DNA from: Planctomycetota bacterium
Lineage (GTDB): Bacteria; Planctomycetota; UBA1135; UBA2386
Length of the DNA stretch: 64,000 nucleotides
Assembly (NCBI GenBank): GCA_965223545.1
Contig: OZ245006.1
Location: 7,072,001-7,136,000 of the forward strand
Reading direction: 5' to 3'
Below are positions 46,038 through 55,990 of the stretch, one piece after another. Numbering within the stretch: the stretch's first letter is position 1; each line of letters opens with the position of its first letter. The notes beneath the pieces are model-generated. The model was given only the letters and a program-made list of their open reading frames with translations, was not told the DNA's origin and searched no databases. Both the position numbers and the translations under genes were made by a program.

Positions 46038-48890
46038 CTACTCCACGAACAGGGCGCGGGCGAAGGCCTCGGTGCGCGCGCCGAGCTCCGCCGCGGTCAG
46101 GCCGAAGGCGGCCTCGAGTTCGGGTGGCCGGCCGGCGTCTTGCGCCAGCGCGAACGCGAGCAACGCGGGCCGGTGGCGGCCATCGTCGGCGTGGAAGAGG
46201 TAGTGGCAGGCGGCGGCGGACTGGGCGTAGAACCGGTCGACCTCGCTCAGCAGGGCGCGACCGCGGGCGTAGGTCGTCAACGACACACCGGGACCGTCGG
46301 GGGCCTCGATCTGCAGGTCGCCGAGCCCGCGGTGTGAGATCGAGAACAGCCGGTCCCACGGCAGCAGGGCGCCGACCGCGGCGGCGTGGGCGACGGTGTC
46401 CAGCTGTCGGCTGGCGTTGGGCGCGGGCGTGCACGTGCGGGTCGACAGATCGAAGTCCAGCTCCTGCACCATGCCGGCGAGGCCCTCGACGATCCAATGG
46501 CCGCCGTGCCGGGTGGCGCGCGCCGGCCGCCGCACCGTCGACGCCGAGGCGCGCTCGGCGAGCCACTGGTGGGTGAGCTCGTGGGCGAGCACGTCCATCA
46601 CCTTCTCGAACTCGGTGGCGTCCGGTGGCAAGAACACGCGCGAGAGCCGCTCGGCCGGCGAGTAGTGGCCCGCGGTCCAGCTCAGATGGCCGCGCGCGCC
46701 GGCGCGCCGGGACTCGCGCAGATACTCCTCCTTGCTGCCGTAGAGCAAGACGTGCAGGCGCCGGTCGGCGGGCTGCTCGCCGGCGAACCAGGTCTCCAGC
46801 TGCCGGCACAGCAGCTCGCCGAGCGACAGGCAGCGCGCGATGCTCTTCGGTGTGTCGGCCGCCGTGAAGACCGTGAGCGAGGCGCTGCGCAGCGCCACCA
46901 GGTCGGTGCGCCACTCCTCGCGCCAACGCGCCAGCGCGCGCTGGTCGCGGTCGCCGCGCTGTCGCGGGCCCGCTGCGCGCACGAGCTCGATCTCGGTCTG
47001 CGCGCGTGCCTCGACCAGGTCGAGCCAGGCCAGTGGATTGCCGACCGCGGTCGCGCGCAGGCCGTCCGGCAGCCGCCGCCAGACGGCGGCGCGCGCGGCC
47101 GGATCGTGGGGTGCGAGGGTGAGCATGGCGCGGATCAACTCGAGGGTTCCCGGATCCGTCGCGCGCCCGGCGACGGCCTGCTCGACACGCCGCGACACCA
47201 AGCGCAGGGCGTCTCGCTGCAGCGTTTGCTCCCGCTGTCGCAGCTGGTGCGCCGCCGCGTTGTCGGTAGGCGCGTCGTCGGTGGGCGCAGTGCCGGCCAG
47301 CCGCGCGCGCAGCGCACGCTCGTGCCGCGCGGGCAGGTCGAGCCGGCGGACGGTGGCCAGCAGCCGCCGCCAGAGCTGCACGTCGCCACTTTCGAGCGCG
47401 GCGCGCAGGTAGGCGGGATAGGCACTGCGCAGACTGGCGTCGCGCAGCGCCGCGAGGGCGGTCGACACGGGCCGTCCGAAGTGCCGTGGCGTGCCCTCGC
47501 TGTCCTCGACGTACAGCACTTCGGCCAGCGCGATGCGGCGCGCACTGCGCGCTTCGGTGAGCGCCGCCGTATCCGGGGACAGGGTGAGGAGGCCGGCGAC
47601 GCGGCTGCCGCCGCGCAAGAGCGCGAAGCCGCGGCCCTGCCAGGGCCGCGCCGCCGTCGCCGCCGCCGGTGCCGGTGGCCGCCACCACTGAAGCGTGCGC
47701 CCGCCCGCCACCAGCAGGCCACCGTCGAGCGGAATCACGGTTGCGTTTTCGGGGAAGTCGACGCTCCAGAGCACCGGGGCATGGTCGGCGGCCAGGTCGA
47801 TGGCGGTGCCGCCCAGGTACGCCACGTCGCCGGCGATCGCCAGCCGGGCGCCGGTGCGCAGTGGCCGTTCGAGCCGCGGGGTTTGCAGCTCGTGGCCGAA
47901 GATCCCGCTGCTGGTGTCGGTGTCGGCGGGAGCGGGAACGTGCTCATACAGGACGGCTCCGCTGGCGCGGTCGAGGCGTCCGAGCCACCGGTCTTGCCAC
48001 AGCGCGACGTCGAGGATCGAGAACACACCGATCGCCGGGCGGTCGGCGGCGCGTTCCCAGTAGGCGGCCCAAGCCGGCGGGCCGCCGGGAAACGCGAGCG
48101 CGTGGGCCGGGCCGGCGGCGACGCGGGCGTCGGTGCCGAGCGGTTCGGTGCCGTTCGGCGGGGCGTTCCAGCGCATGCGCGGCGCGCCATCCGTGCGTTG
48201 CAGCCAATGCAGGCGCGCGCGGTGGTCCAGCACCGCGACCGCATCGCCGAGCAGAGCCGGTGCGCCGGTGAGACCGCGGTCGCCGGTAGCCCACGCGACC
48301 TGCAGGGTGTCCGCGTCGAGCCGATAGAGGGAGCCACCCGCGGTGACGTAGACTTCGCTGCCGAAGCGCACCGGTGGACCCACGCCCGGCAGGCGCCGTC
48401 GTTGCAAGAGCGCGGGCCCGCCGCGGCCGAGTGCGTACGACGACAGCTCGTGCGGGGCGGTGCGCAGCAGCAGAGTCTGCTGCCATAGAGTGGGGGCCAG
48501 GGGGTTGCGCGCCTCGACCGTCAACGGCGCGCCGGCGGGCTTGCCATCGAGGGCGCGCAGCACGTGTACCGCCGCGCGGTCGGCGCCGCGGCGCTCGACT
48601 GCGACGATCCGGTCCCCCCATGCCAGTGGCTCGCCCTCCAACTCGCTCGCGAACTCGACTTGCCACACCCGGTGCGGCGTCTTGCGCACCGGAGCGGCGG
48701 CGCTGCGCCGCCCGTGTGAAGCGCTGCCGCCCTCGCAGTACCAGGCGTGCGCTGGGGCGATCGCACCGTCGGTCGGCGGTTGGGCGAGAGCCCCCGGCGC
48801 AAGCAGCGCGGCGGTGGCCACGCCGCGCAGTCTTCGCAGCCGCCGTGGCGGGGGATCGTCGGGTCGGCGCCGGCGGTCGAAACGGGGCAC
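46038..48890 (-). CDS. Exported protein with a PQQ-type beta-propeller and a C-terminal zincin (HExxH) domain
   Basis: Signal peptide; Trp-docking propeller repeats; AHELTHQW...WIVEGLA...FYAQS (DUF1570-like). Confidence 0.65.
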   Translation of the reverse strand: MPRFDRRRRPDDPPPRRLRRLRGVATAALLAPGALAQPPTDGAIAPAHAWYCEGGSASHGRRSAAAPVRKTPHRVWQVEFASELEGEPLAWGDRIVAVERRGADRAAVHVLRALDGKPAGAPLTVEARNPLAPTLWQQTLLLRTAPHELSSYALGRGGPALLQRRRLPGVGPPVRFGSEVYVTAGGSLYRLDADTLQVAWATGDRGLTGAPALLGDAVAVLDHRARLHWLQRTDGAPRMRWNAPPNGTEPLGTDARVAAGPAHALAFPGGPPAWAAYWERAADRPAIGVFSILDVALWQDRWLGRLDRASGAVLYEHVPAPADTDTSSGIFGHELQTPRLERPLRTGARLAIAGDVAYLGGTAIDLAADHAPVLWSVDFPENATVIPLDGGLLVAGGRTLQWWRPPAPAAATAARPWQGRGFALLRGGSRVAGLLTLSPDTAALTEARSARRIALAEVLYVEDSEGTPRHFGRPVSTALAALRDASLRSAYPAYLRAALESGDVQLWRRLLATVRRLDLPARHERALRARLAGTAPTDDAPTDNAAAHQLRQREQTLQRDALRLVSRRVEQAVAGRATDPGTLELIRAMLTLAPHDPAARAAVWRRLPDGLRATAVGNPLAWLDLVEARAQTEIELVRAAGPRQRGDRDQRALARWREEWRTDLVALRSASLTVFTAADTPKSIARCLSLGELLCRQLETWFAGEQPADRRLHVLLYGSKEEYLRESRRAGARGHLSWTAGHYSPAERLSRVFLPPDATEFEKVMDVLAHELTHQWLAERASASTVRRPARATRHGGHWIVEGLAGMVQELDFDLSTRTCTPAPNASRQLDTVAHAAAVGALLPWDRLFSISHRGLGDLQIEAPDGPGVSLTTYARGRALLSEVDRFYAQSAAACHYLFHADDGRHRPALLAFALAQDAGRPPELEAAFGLTAAELGARTEAFARALFVE

Positions 48891-49016
48891 GGTCGGGATG
48901 TTAGCGGCCGAACCGTCCGCGGGAATGACCCTCGCGGGGCGGAGGCAAGCGCGTCTTGTTCCGCGCCGCATGCTCGCGGCGTATGGTCAGGGGCTGGTTT
49001 CGACCCCTCCCCTCGC

Positions 49017-52000
49017 ATGGCGCATTCCATCTCTCGCCGTCTCGTTCCGCTCGCCGTGGCCCTTGCTGCAGTCTTGCCCGGGCAAGACTCCGGCGCGCAG
49101 CGGCTGACGCCGGAGCTGCTGTGGCAGCTGCGGCGGGTCAGCGATCCCAAGCCCGACCCGACCGGGCAGTACCTCCTGTACGCGGTGCGCACCTACGACA
49201 TCGACGAGAACAGCGGCACCACCCAGCTCTATCTGCTCGATCTGCGCAAGAACGAGCGGCGGCAGCTGACGACCCAGGGGAGCAACTTCAGCGCGTGCTG
49301 GTCGCCGTCCGGCGACGCGGTCGCGTTCTTGTCGACCCGCGGTGGCGCGCCGCAGATCTACCGGATGCGCATCGACGGCGGTGAACCGACCCAGGTCACC
49401 AGCGTCGAGGGCGGCGTCGCCAACTTGGCGTGGTCGCCGGACGGTGCGCACTTCTCGTTCACCGCCGACGTCTCGCTCGATCCGGACGTGCACGACCGGT
49501 ATCCCGACCTGCCCGAGGCGGAGGTCAAGATCTACGACTCGCTGCTGTTCCGGCACTGGGATCAGTGGAAGGACGGCACCTACAGCCACCTGTTCGTCGT
49601 GCCCGTCGATGGTGGCGAGCCGCGAGATCTGATGCCGGGCGAGCGCTTCGACACGCCGGTCAAGCCGTTTGGCGGCGGCGAGCAGATCGCCTGGTCGCCC
49701 GACGGCAAGGAGCTGTGCTACACGGCGAAGAAGGTCGAGGGCACGGCCTGGGTGTCGAGTACCGACAACGACCTGTACGTGGTGCCGGTCGACGGTGGCC
49801 CGGCGGTCGTGCTGACCGATGCCAACCCGGGCTACGACCAGGAGCCGGTGTACTCACCGGATGGCAAGTGGATCGCCTACCACAGTATGGAGCGCGCCGG
49901 CTTCGAGTCGGATCGCAACCGCATCATGCTGTACGAGCGGGCCACGGGCGCCATCACCGAGCTGACGCGCGGTCACGACATGAGCACGCACGGCGTCGCT
50001 TGGGCGCCGGACAGCGCGGCGGTGTACTTCTCGGCCGACGTGAAGGGGACGACGCAGGTGTTTCGGCTGGCGCTGCCGGGCAGCGGTGGGCTCGCCGGCG
50101 CGCGCGCGCTGTCGCGCGGGCGGGCTCAGGTGACCGGTCCGGTGCCGAGCGCCGATGGCGCGTGGGTGTACTGCACCGCGCAGAGCACCGAGCGGCCGTA
50201 CGAGATTGTGCGCCTGCCGGTCGGCGCCGAGTCGCCGACCGAGCCGCGGACCGCGGTCCTGACGCACGAGAACGACGCGCTGTACGCGAGCCTCGAGCTG
50301 CCGGTCGTCGAGGAGCGTTGGTTTCCGGCGACCGACGGCAAGCAGATCCACTCGTGGGTGATCAAGCCGCCCGGCTTCGACCCGGCGCGCCGCTACCCCA
50401 TGCTGCTGTACTGCCAGGGGGGACCCCAGTCGCAGGTCGGGCAGTGGTTCAGCTATCGCTGGAACTTCCACCTGATGGCAGCGCAGGGCTACGTCGTGCT
50501 CGCCGTCAACCGCCGCGGTTTGCCGGGCTTCGGCCAGGAGTGGAACGACCAGATCAGCCGTGACTGGGGCGGGCAGGCGATGCAGGACTTGCTGACCGCG
50601 ACCGACGCGATGCAGCAGGAGCCCTACATCGACGCCGAGCGCACGGCGGCGGTCGGCGCCAGCTTCGGCGGCTACACGGTCTTCTGGCTGATGGGCAACG
50701 ACGACCGCGACCGTTTCTGCACGATGATCGCGCACTGCGGCGTGTTCAACCTGGAGTCGATGTACCTGTCGACGGAGGAGCTCTTCTTCGTCAACTGGGA
50801 CCTGGGCGGGCCGTTCTGGCAGGATCCCGAGGTGTGGGAGGACTACGAGCGCTTCTCGCCGCACCGCAAGGTCGCCAACTGGACCACGCCGCTGCTGGTG
50901 ATCCACGGGGCGCGCGACTACCGGGTGCCCGACGCGCAGGGGCTGCAGGCGTTCACCGCCGCGCAGGTGCAGGGTGTGCCCTCGCGGCTGCTGTACTTCC
51001 CCGACGAAGGGCACTGGGTTTTGAGTCCGCAGAACGGCTTGGTCTGGCACCGCGAGTTCTTCGCCTGGCTGGACCGGTTCTGCAAGCCGGAGGGCGCGGT
51101 GCCGGCGAGCGGCGGTGGTGCCGCCGCGGCGCGCGCCGTCGATGCGGATGCGAGTGGCGATGCCGGTGTGGGCGACCGGCGCTATCTGCTGGAGCGCGTC
51201 GACGACACCGCCGTGGTCCAGCTCTACGCCGACGGCTTCGAGCAGCTGTCGCTGCGCGACAAGCAGCTGTGCTACCACCTGGCGCAGGCGGCGATCGCCG
51301 GCCGCGACATCTTCATCGACCAGAAGTTCGAAGAGAACCTGCCGATCCGCGACCTGCTGGAGGAGCTGTACCTGCACCGGGGCGTGTTGGGCGCCGAGCT
51401 CGGTGCCGAGATCGAGCGCTACACCAAGCTGTTCTGGGTGCACAACGGCGTGCACAACGCGATCACCACCAAGAAGGAGCGCCTGAACGCGACGCCGGAG
51501 CAGCTGCGGGCGGCGGTCGCGGCGGCGCGCGCCGACGGCGCGCAGATCGCCTTCGACGATGCCCGCTTGGCGGCGCTGTTTGCGGTGTTGACGGACCCGT
51601 CGAGCTTCGCGTCGTGCACCAACAAGTCGCCCGAGCACGGCGACGTGTTGGCCGAGAGTGCCAACAATCTGTACGCCGGCGTCACCTCGGCCGATCTCGA
51701 GGGGTTCGACGAGCGGTATCCGCTCAACAGCCGGCTGTGGAAGCGGCCCGACGGCGGCTTGGTCGAGCAGGTCTACCGCGCCGGCGACGGTGCCACCGTG
51801 CCGCCGGGGCTGTATGCGCGCGAGCTCAACGCGGTGATCGGCCATCTGCGGGCGGCGTTGCCGTTTGCACCGCCGCCGACACAGAAGGCGTTGCGCCACC
51901 TGATCCGCTACTACGAGACCGGCGATCCGGAGGACTGGCGCCGCTTCAACATCGCCTGGGTGCAGGACACCGACTCCGTGGTGGACCAGATCAACGGGTT

Positions 52001-53084
52001 CGTCGAGGTGTATCTCGACGCCCGCGGGCAGAAGGGGGCGTGGGAGGCCGTGGTCAGCTTCCTCAACGTGCCGAAGACCGCGGCGATCGAGAAGCTCGCC
52101 GCCGAGGCGCAGTGGTTCGAGGAGCGGATGCCGTGGGATGACGAGTTCAAGAAGGAGAACGTCGTCGGCATCAGTGCGCGCTCGATCTCGGTGATCACCG
52201 AGACCGGCGACTCGGGGCCGATCACTCCGATCGGGATCAATCTGCCCAACGAGACCGACATCCGCGAGCAGTACGGCAGCAAGTCCGTCAACCTGAGCAA
52301 CGTCGTCGAGGCCTACGAGGAGTCGCGCGCCGGCGGCAGTGCGGCGGAGTTCGCGTGGTCGCAAGCCGAGGTCGAGCGCGCCGCCAAGTGGGGGGCGATC
52401 AGCGGCGACATCCACACCAACCTGCACGAGGTCGTCGGCCACGCATCGGGCAAGCTGCGGCCGGAGATCCGCAACCCGGCGTCCAAGCTGGGTATGTACT
52501 CCTCGACTTTGGAGGAGGCGCGCGCCGATCTGGTCGGCCTCTACTGGATCCCCGACGACAAGCTGCGCGAAATGGGCATCGTGCCGGACCCCGACGCCGC
52601 GCTCGCCGAGTACGAGGCCTACGCCCGCAACGCGCTGGTGCAGCTGCGCCGCGTCGCGCTGGGCGATCGCCTCGAAGACGACCACATGCGCAACCGCCAG
52701 CTGGTGGTGCACTGGTTGATCGACAACAGCGATGCGATCGCCGTCGAGCGGCGCGACGGCAAGACCTACTACCGGGTGACCGCGGTGGATGCCTTCCGCG
52801 AGGCGTCTGGGCGCCTGCTCGGCGAGATCATGCGGATCAAGGCGACCGGGGACTTCGCCGCCGGCAAGGCGCTGGTCGAGCGCTACGGCACGCGCATCGA
52901 CGAGACCCTGCACCGCGAGGTGCTGGCGCGCATCGAGGCCCTCGGCCTGCCGTCCGCCACCGGCTTCGTGCAGCCCGAGCTGCGGCTGGTGCACGGTGAG
53001 GACGGGCAGGTCGTCGACGTCGTGGTCCACTACCCGATGAGCCTGGCGGCGCAGATGCTCCGCTTCAGCGGGCGCGCGCGGTGA
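49017..53084 (+). CDS. Fusion of an S9 serine peptidase (WD40/PD40 propeller + hydrolase) and an M49 dipeptidyl-peptidase III
   Basis: S9 motifs GGPQ, GASFGG, DYRV and DEGHWV; M49 motifs LHEVVGH and LEEARAD; one uninterrupted ORF with a signal peptide. Confidence 0.88.
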   Translation: MAHSISRRLVPLAVALAAVLPGQDSGAQRLTPELLWQLRRVSDPKPDPTGQYLLYAVRTYDIDENSGTTQLYLLDLRKNERRQLTTQGSNFSACWSPSGDAVAFLSTRGGAPQIYRMRIDGGEPTQVTSVEGGVANLAWSPDGAHFSFTADVSLDPDVHDRYPDLPEAEVKIYDSLLFRHWDQWKDGTYSHLFVVPVDGGEPRDLMPGERFDTPVKPFGGGEQIAWSPDGKELCYTAKKVEGTAWVSSTDNDLYVVPVDGGPAVVLTDANPGYDQEPVYSPDGKWIAYHSMERAGFESDRNRIMLYERATGAITELTRGHDMSTHGVAWAPDSAAVYFSADVKGTTQVFRLALPGSGGLAGARALSRGRAQVTGPVPSADGAWVYCTAQSTERPYEIVRLPVGAESPTEPRTAVLTHENDALYASLELPVVEERWFPATDGKQIHSWVIKPPGFDPARRYPMLLYCQGGPQSQVGQWFSYRWNFHLMAAQGYVVLAVNRRGLPGFGQEWNDQISRDWGGQAMQDLLTATDAMQQEPYIDAERTAAVGASFGGYTVFWLMGNDDRDRFCTMIAHCGVFNLESMYLSTEELFFVNWDLGGPFWQDPEVWEDYERFSPHRKVANWTTPLLVIHGARDYRVPDAQGLQAFTAAQVQGVPSRLLYFPDEGHWVLSPQNGLVWHREFFAWLDRFCKPEGAVPASGGGAAAARAVDADASGDAGVGDRRYLLERVDDTAVVQLYADGFEQLSLRDKQLCYHLAQAAIAGRDIFIDQKFEENLPIRDLLEELYLHRGVLGAELGAEIERYTKLFWVHNGVHNAITTKKERLNATPEQLRAAVAAARADGAQIAFDDARLAALFAVLTDPSSFASCTNKSPEHGDVLAESANNLYAGVTSADLEGFDERYPLNSRLWKRPDGGLVEQVYRAGDGATVPPGLYARELNAVIGHLRAALPFAPPPTQKALRHLIRYYETGDPEDWRRFNIAWVQDTDSVVDQINGFVEVYLDARGQKGAWEAVVSFLNVPKTAAIEKLAAEAQWFEERMPWDDEFKKENVVGISARSISVITETGDSGPITPIGINLPNETDIREQYGSKSVNLSNVVEAYEESRAGGSAAEFAWSQAEVERAAKWGAISGDIHTNLHEVVGHASGKLRPEIRNPASKLGMYSSTLEEARADLVGLYWIPDDKLREMGIVPDPDAALAEYEAYARNALVQLRRVALGDRLEDDHMRNRQLVVHWLIDNSDAIAVERRDGKTYYRVTAVDAFREASGRLLGEIMRIKATGDFAAGKALVERYGTRIDETLHREVLARIEALGLPSATGFVQPELRLVHGEDGQVVDVVVHYPMSLAAQMLRFSGRAR

Positions 53085-53470
53085 GCCGCCCCGGCCTGGT
53101 CGACCGAGTGGGCGGCCCCGACGGCCTGCGCCGCATCCTGACGCGCTTCTACGACCGCCTCGCGCTCGACCCGATGGTCTGTCACCACTTCGCCGGCCGC
53201 GATCTGCAGACCATCATCGATGGCCAGCACGCGTTTCTGAGCAAGGCCCTCGGCGCCACCACCCGCTACACAGGCCGCCACCCCAAGGACGCCCACCGCG
53301 CGCTGGCCCCGATCCTCACCGGCCAGTTCGACCGCCGCCTCGTCCTCCTCGAGCAAGAGCTCCGCGCCGCCGGCCTCGACGACGACGACCGCGAGCAGTG
53401 GCTCGCCGTCGAGCGCAGCATGCGCCGCCTCATCGTCCACGAACGCCCCTGCAACAAGTACGGAGTCTGA
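53081..53470 (+). CDS. Group I truncated hemoglobin
   Basis: VGG..G, FYDRLALDP...FAG, Q..FL..ALG...YTGR...AH (proximal His). Confidence 0.85.
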   Translation: MSRPGLVDRVGGPDGLRRILTRFYDRLALDPMVCHHFAGRDLQTIIDGQHAFLSKALGATTRYTGRHPKDAHRALAPILTGQFDRRLVLLEQELRAAGLDDDDREQWLAVERSMRRLIVHERPCNKYGV

Positions 53471-53540
53471 CTCGATTTTCTCGCTTGGCGGGGCGGCTTC
53501 GCCGCCCCGCCAAGCGAGAAAATCGAGTCAGACTCCGTAC
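53458..53540. repeat. Perfect inverted repeat, 40-bp arms with a 3-nt loop (MITE/REP-like; may act as a bidirectional terminator)
   Basis: GTACGGAGTCTGACTCGATTTTCTCGCTTGGCGGGGCGGC-TTC-exact reverse complement, checked base by base. Confidence 0.95.
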
Positions 53541-53541
53541 G

Positions 53542-54447
53542 CTACGCGATCGGCGCGCGGAAGTGTGGGGCGCGCAGGCGGACGAGGAGGTCGCCGGCGG
53601 CGCGGCCGCGGACCCAACGGGCCAGCGTGCGCGCGCCGGTGAACAGCAGGTCGGCGAGCTCGGCGCCCACCGCCTTGCCGGCGCCGAAGTGTTTGCGCAG
53701 GTAGTAGTAGCGGCTCTGGAAGTAGTGCTCGGCGATGCAGCCGTGGTAGAGCGCGGCGTTGGTCGAACGCGCGCTGTGGTGGGTCTGGTGGTGGGCGGTG
53801 GCGTTCGGCACCACGCACACCTTGTGGCCCGCCTGGTGCAGCCGGTAGCAGAGGTCGGTTTCCTCGAAGTAGAGGAAGAAGCGCGGATCGAACCCCTCGA
53901 GCTCGCGCAGCACTTCGGTGCGCGCCAGCAGCGCGGCGCCGCAGAGCCAGTCGACCTTGTACGGCGCACTCGCGGTCACCATCGGCCGCGGCCGCTCTTC
54001 TGCGCGCGGTCGGCCGAGCGCGTCGCGCACCACCATCCCCGGCGTGGGGAACGCGTGCAGCAGCTGCGGTGGGCCGTCACCGTTGTCGATCACCGGACCG
54101 CAGACGGCGGTCTTCTGATCGTGCTGCAGGAAGCCGACGAGCTTCTGCAGGTCGTCGTAGCCGAGCGCGGCGTCGGGGTTGAGCAGCAGCACGTACGGCG
54201 TGTCGACGTGCTCGAGCCCGAGGTTGTTGGCGCGGCCGAAGCCGAGGTTGTCGCCGGCCTCGACGACGCGCACCCAGGGGTGCTCGCACTGCACCAGCTC
54301 TTTGGTGTTGTCGTCGGAATCGTTGTCGACGACGACGCAGTCGAGCTGGCCGCGCTCGTGCGCCGTGCGCAGCGACTCGAGCGCCGCGCCGACGGTGCGC
54401 GCCGAGTGGTAGGTGACGATGATGGCGGTGACGCGCGGCACGCTCAT
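53542..54447 (-). CDS. Glycosyltransferase family 2
   Basis: IIVTYHS, VVDNDSDD, NLGFGRANN, LLNPDA and GFDPRFFLYFEETDLC. Confidence 0.92.
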   Translation of the reverse strand: MSVPRVTAIIVTYHSARTVGAALESLRTAHERGQLDCVVVDNDSDDNTKELVQCEHPWVRVVEAGDNLGFGRANNLGLEHVDTPYVLLLNPDAALGYDDLQKLVGFLQHDQKTAVCGPVIDNGDGPPQLLHAFPTPGMVVRDALGRPRAEERPRPMVTASAPYKVDWLCGAALLARTEVLRELEGFDPRFFLYFEETDLCYRLHQAGHKVCVVPNATAHHQTHHSARSTNAALYHGCIAEHYFQSRYYYLRKHFGAGKAVGAELADLLFTGARTLARWVRGRAAGDLLVRLRAPHFRAPIA

Positions 54448-54488
54448 GAGCTGTCGATTCTATCGGCGCGCCGCCGCCCTCGCCTTCG

Positions 54489-55904
54489 CTATGGCTCTCT
54501 GTGCCCGGCCCGGTCGGAAGTTCCCGCCATGGCGATGGCGCCGGCGACCGCGAACGGCACCACGCGCTGCCAGAACCCACTCAGGGACAGCTCGTAGGCG
54601 GCGACGCTGAGGCCGAAACCGGCCAGCATCGCCGCCAGGGTGGCGCCGGGCCGCAGCGGACCGCGCCAGCAGCGCACCAGCAGCAGCGGGCCGAAGGCGG
54701 CACCCATCGCGGTCCAGGCGAACAGCACGCCCTGGAAGATCGATGCCGACAGCAGGATCGCCGCCGCGGTCGCGGCCGCCGTCAAGCCGAGAACGACCAG
54801 CCGCGAGCGGTGCGGGCTGTCGTGCGCTCGGCCGCCGCCGAGGTCGTGACTCGCCGACGACGCGGCGACCAGCAGCTGGCTGTCGGCGGTCGACATCACG
54901 GCCGAAAGCACCGCGGCGATCACCACGCCGGCGACCACCGGCGGGCAGAGAGAATCGGCGAGGCTGAGGAAGACGGTCTCGGCGTCGTCGAGGCCGGCGA
55001 CGAGCACGCGGCCGGCGAGTCCCAGCACCAGCATGCCGGTGTAGACCAGGAACGCCCAGGCCAGCGCGACCCGGCGTCCGGTGACGACGGCCCGCTCGTC
55101 GCGCAGCGCCATGAAGCGGTTGACGACGTGCGGCTGCCCGGGGTAGCCCAGGCCGATGCCGAGGAGGCCGGCGACGGCGCCGATGCCGGCGGCCGTTCCG
55201 GCGCCGCCGAGGAGATTGGTGTAGCCGGTCTGCTCGACCGCGGCGATGCCGTCGATGAGGGCCGTGGGGCCGCCCGCCGCGACGACGGCCCACACCGGCA
55301 GCACCACTGCGGTCGCCGCCATCACCATCCCCTGCAGTGTGTCGGTGAGACTGACGGCCCAGAAGCCGCCGAGCAGCGTGTAGGCGAGGACGATGCCGCT
55401 GCCGATCAACACCGCCTGCACCGGCGGCACGCCGAACGTGGTCGCGAAGGTCGTGCCGGCGCCTTGGAACTGATAGGCGACGTAGGTGCCGAGCGAGAGC
55501 AGGATGATCAACGACGCCGTCCAGTTGATCGCCCCGCGCAACGGCGTCCCCGCGGGCCCGGCGAGCACCTCGGTGACCGTGATCGCGCCGGTGTCGGCGG
55601 CGAGTCGGCGCAGCCGCGGCGCCAGCAGGAACCAGTTGAGGGCGAAACCGCCGACACAGCCGGGAAACAGCCACAGCGCCGACAGGCCGTTGGTGTAGGC
55701 GTAGCCGCTGACCCCGAACAGGGTCCACACCGACGACGAGCTCGCCGACGCGCTCACCGCCGCGACCACCGGGCCGAGCCGCCGGCCGCCGAGGAAGAAG
55801 TCGCGCGCGTCCACGGTGCGGCGGTGCGCCCACAGCCCCAGCCCCAGCAGACCGATCTTGTAGGCGATCAGGGTGACGAGGATGGCGATCGCGCGGTCGT
55901 CCAC
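54489..55904 (-). CDS. putP: Sodium/proline symporter (SSS family)
   Basis: FFLGGRRLGP, SASASSSSVW, GGFWAVSLTDTLQG, GYPGQPH...RFMA and AVMSTADSQLL. Confidence 0.88.
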   Translation of the reverse strand: MDDRAIAILVTLIAYKIGLLGLGLWAHRRTVDARDFFLGGRRLGPVVAAVSASASSSSVWTLFGVSGYAYTNGLSALWLFPGCVGGFALNWFLLAPRLRRLAADTGAITVTEVLAGPAGTPLRGAINWTASLIILLSLGTYVAYQFQGAGTTFATTFGVPPVQAVLIGSGIVLAYTLLGGFWAVSLTDTLQGMVMAATAVVLPVWAVVAAGGPTALIDGIAAVEQTGYTNLLGGAGTAAGIGAVAGLLGIGLGYPGQPHVVNRFMALRDERAVVTGRRVALAWAFLVYTGMLVLGLAGRVLVAGLDDAETVFLSLADSLCPPVVAGVVIAAVLSAVMSTADSQLLVAASSASHDLGGGRAHDSPHRSRLVVLGLTAAATAAAILLSASIFQGVLFAWTAMGAAFGPLLLVRCWRGPLRPGATLAAMLAGFGLSVAAYELSLSGFWQRVVPFAVAGAIAMAGTSDRAGHREP

Positions 55905-55990
55905 CACCAAAGCGTAGCGGGCGCGCGGAGCGCGGCCAGCGTGCGGACGACGGCTTGACAGCGCGGTCGCCGGCGCCAATGGTCGCGGCC

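Noticed and set aside
53458..53540. CRISPR repeat or tRNA
   Set aside because: It is a single hairpin with no repeat-spacer periodicity, no cas genes and no cloverleaf.
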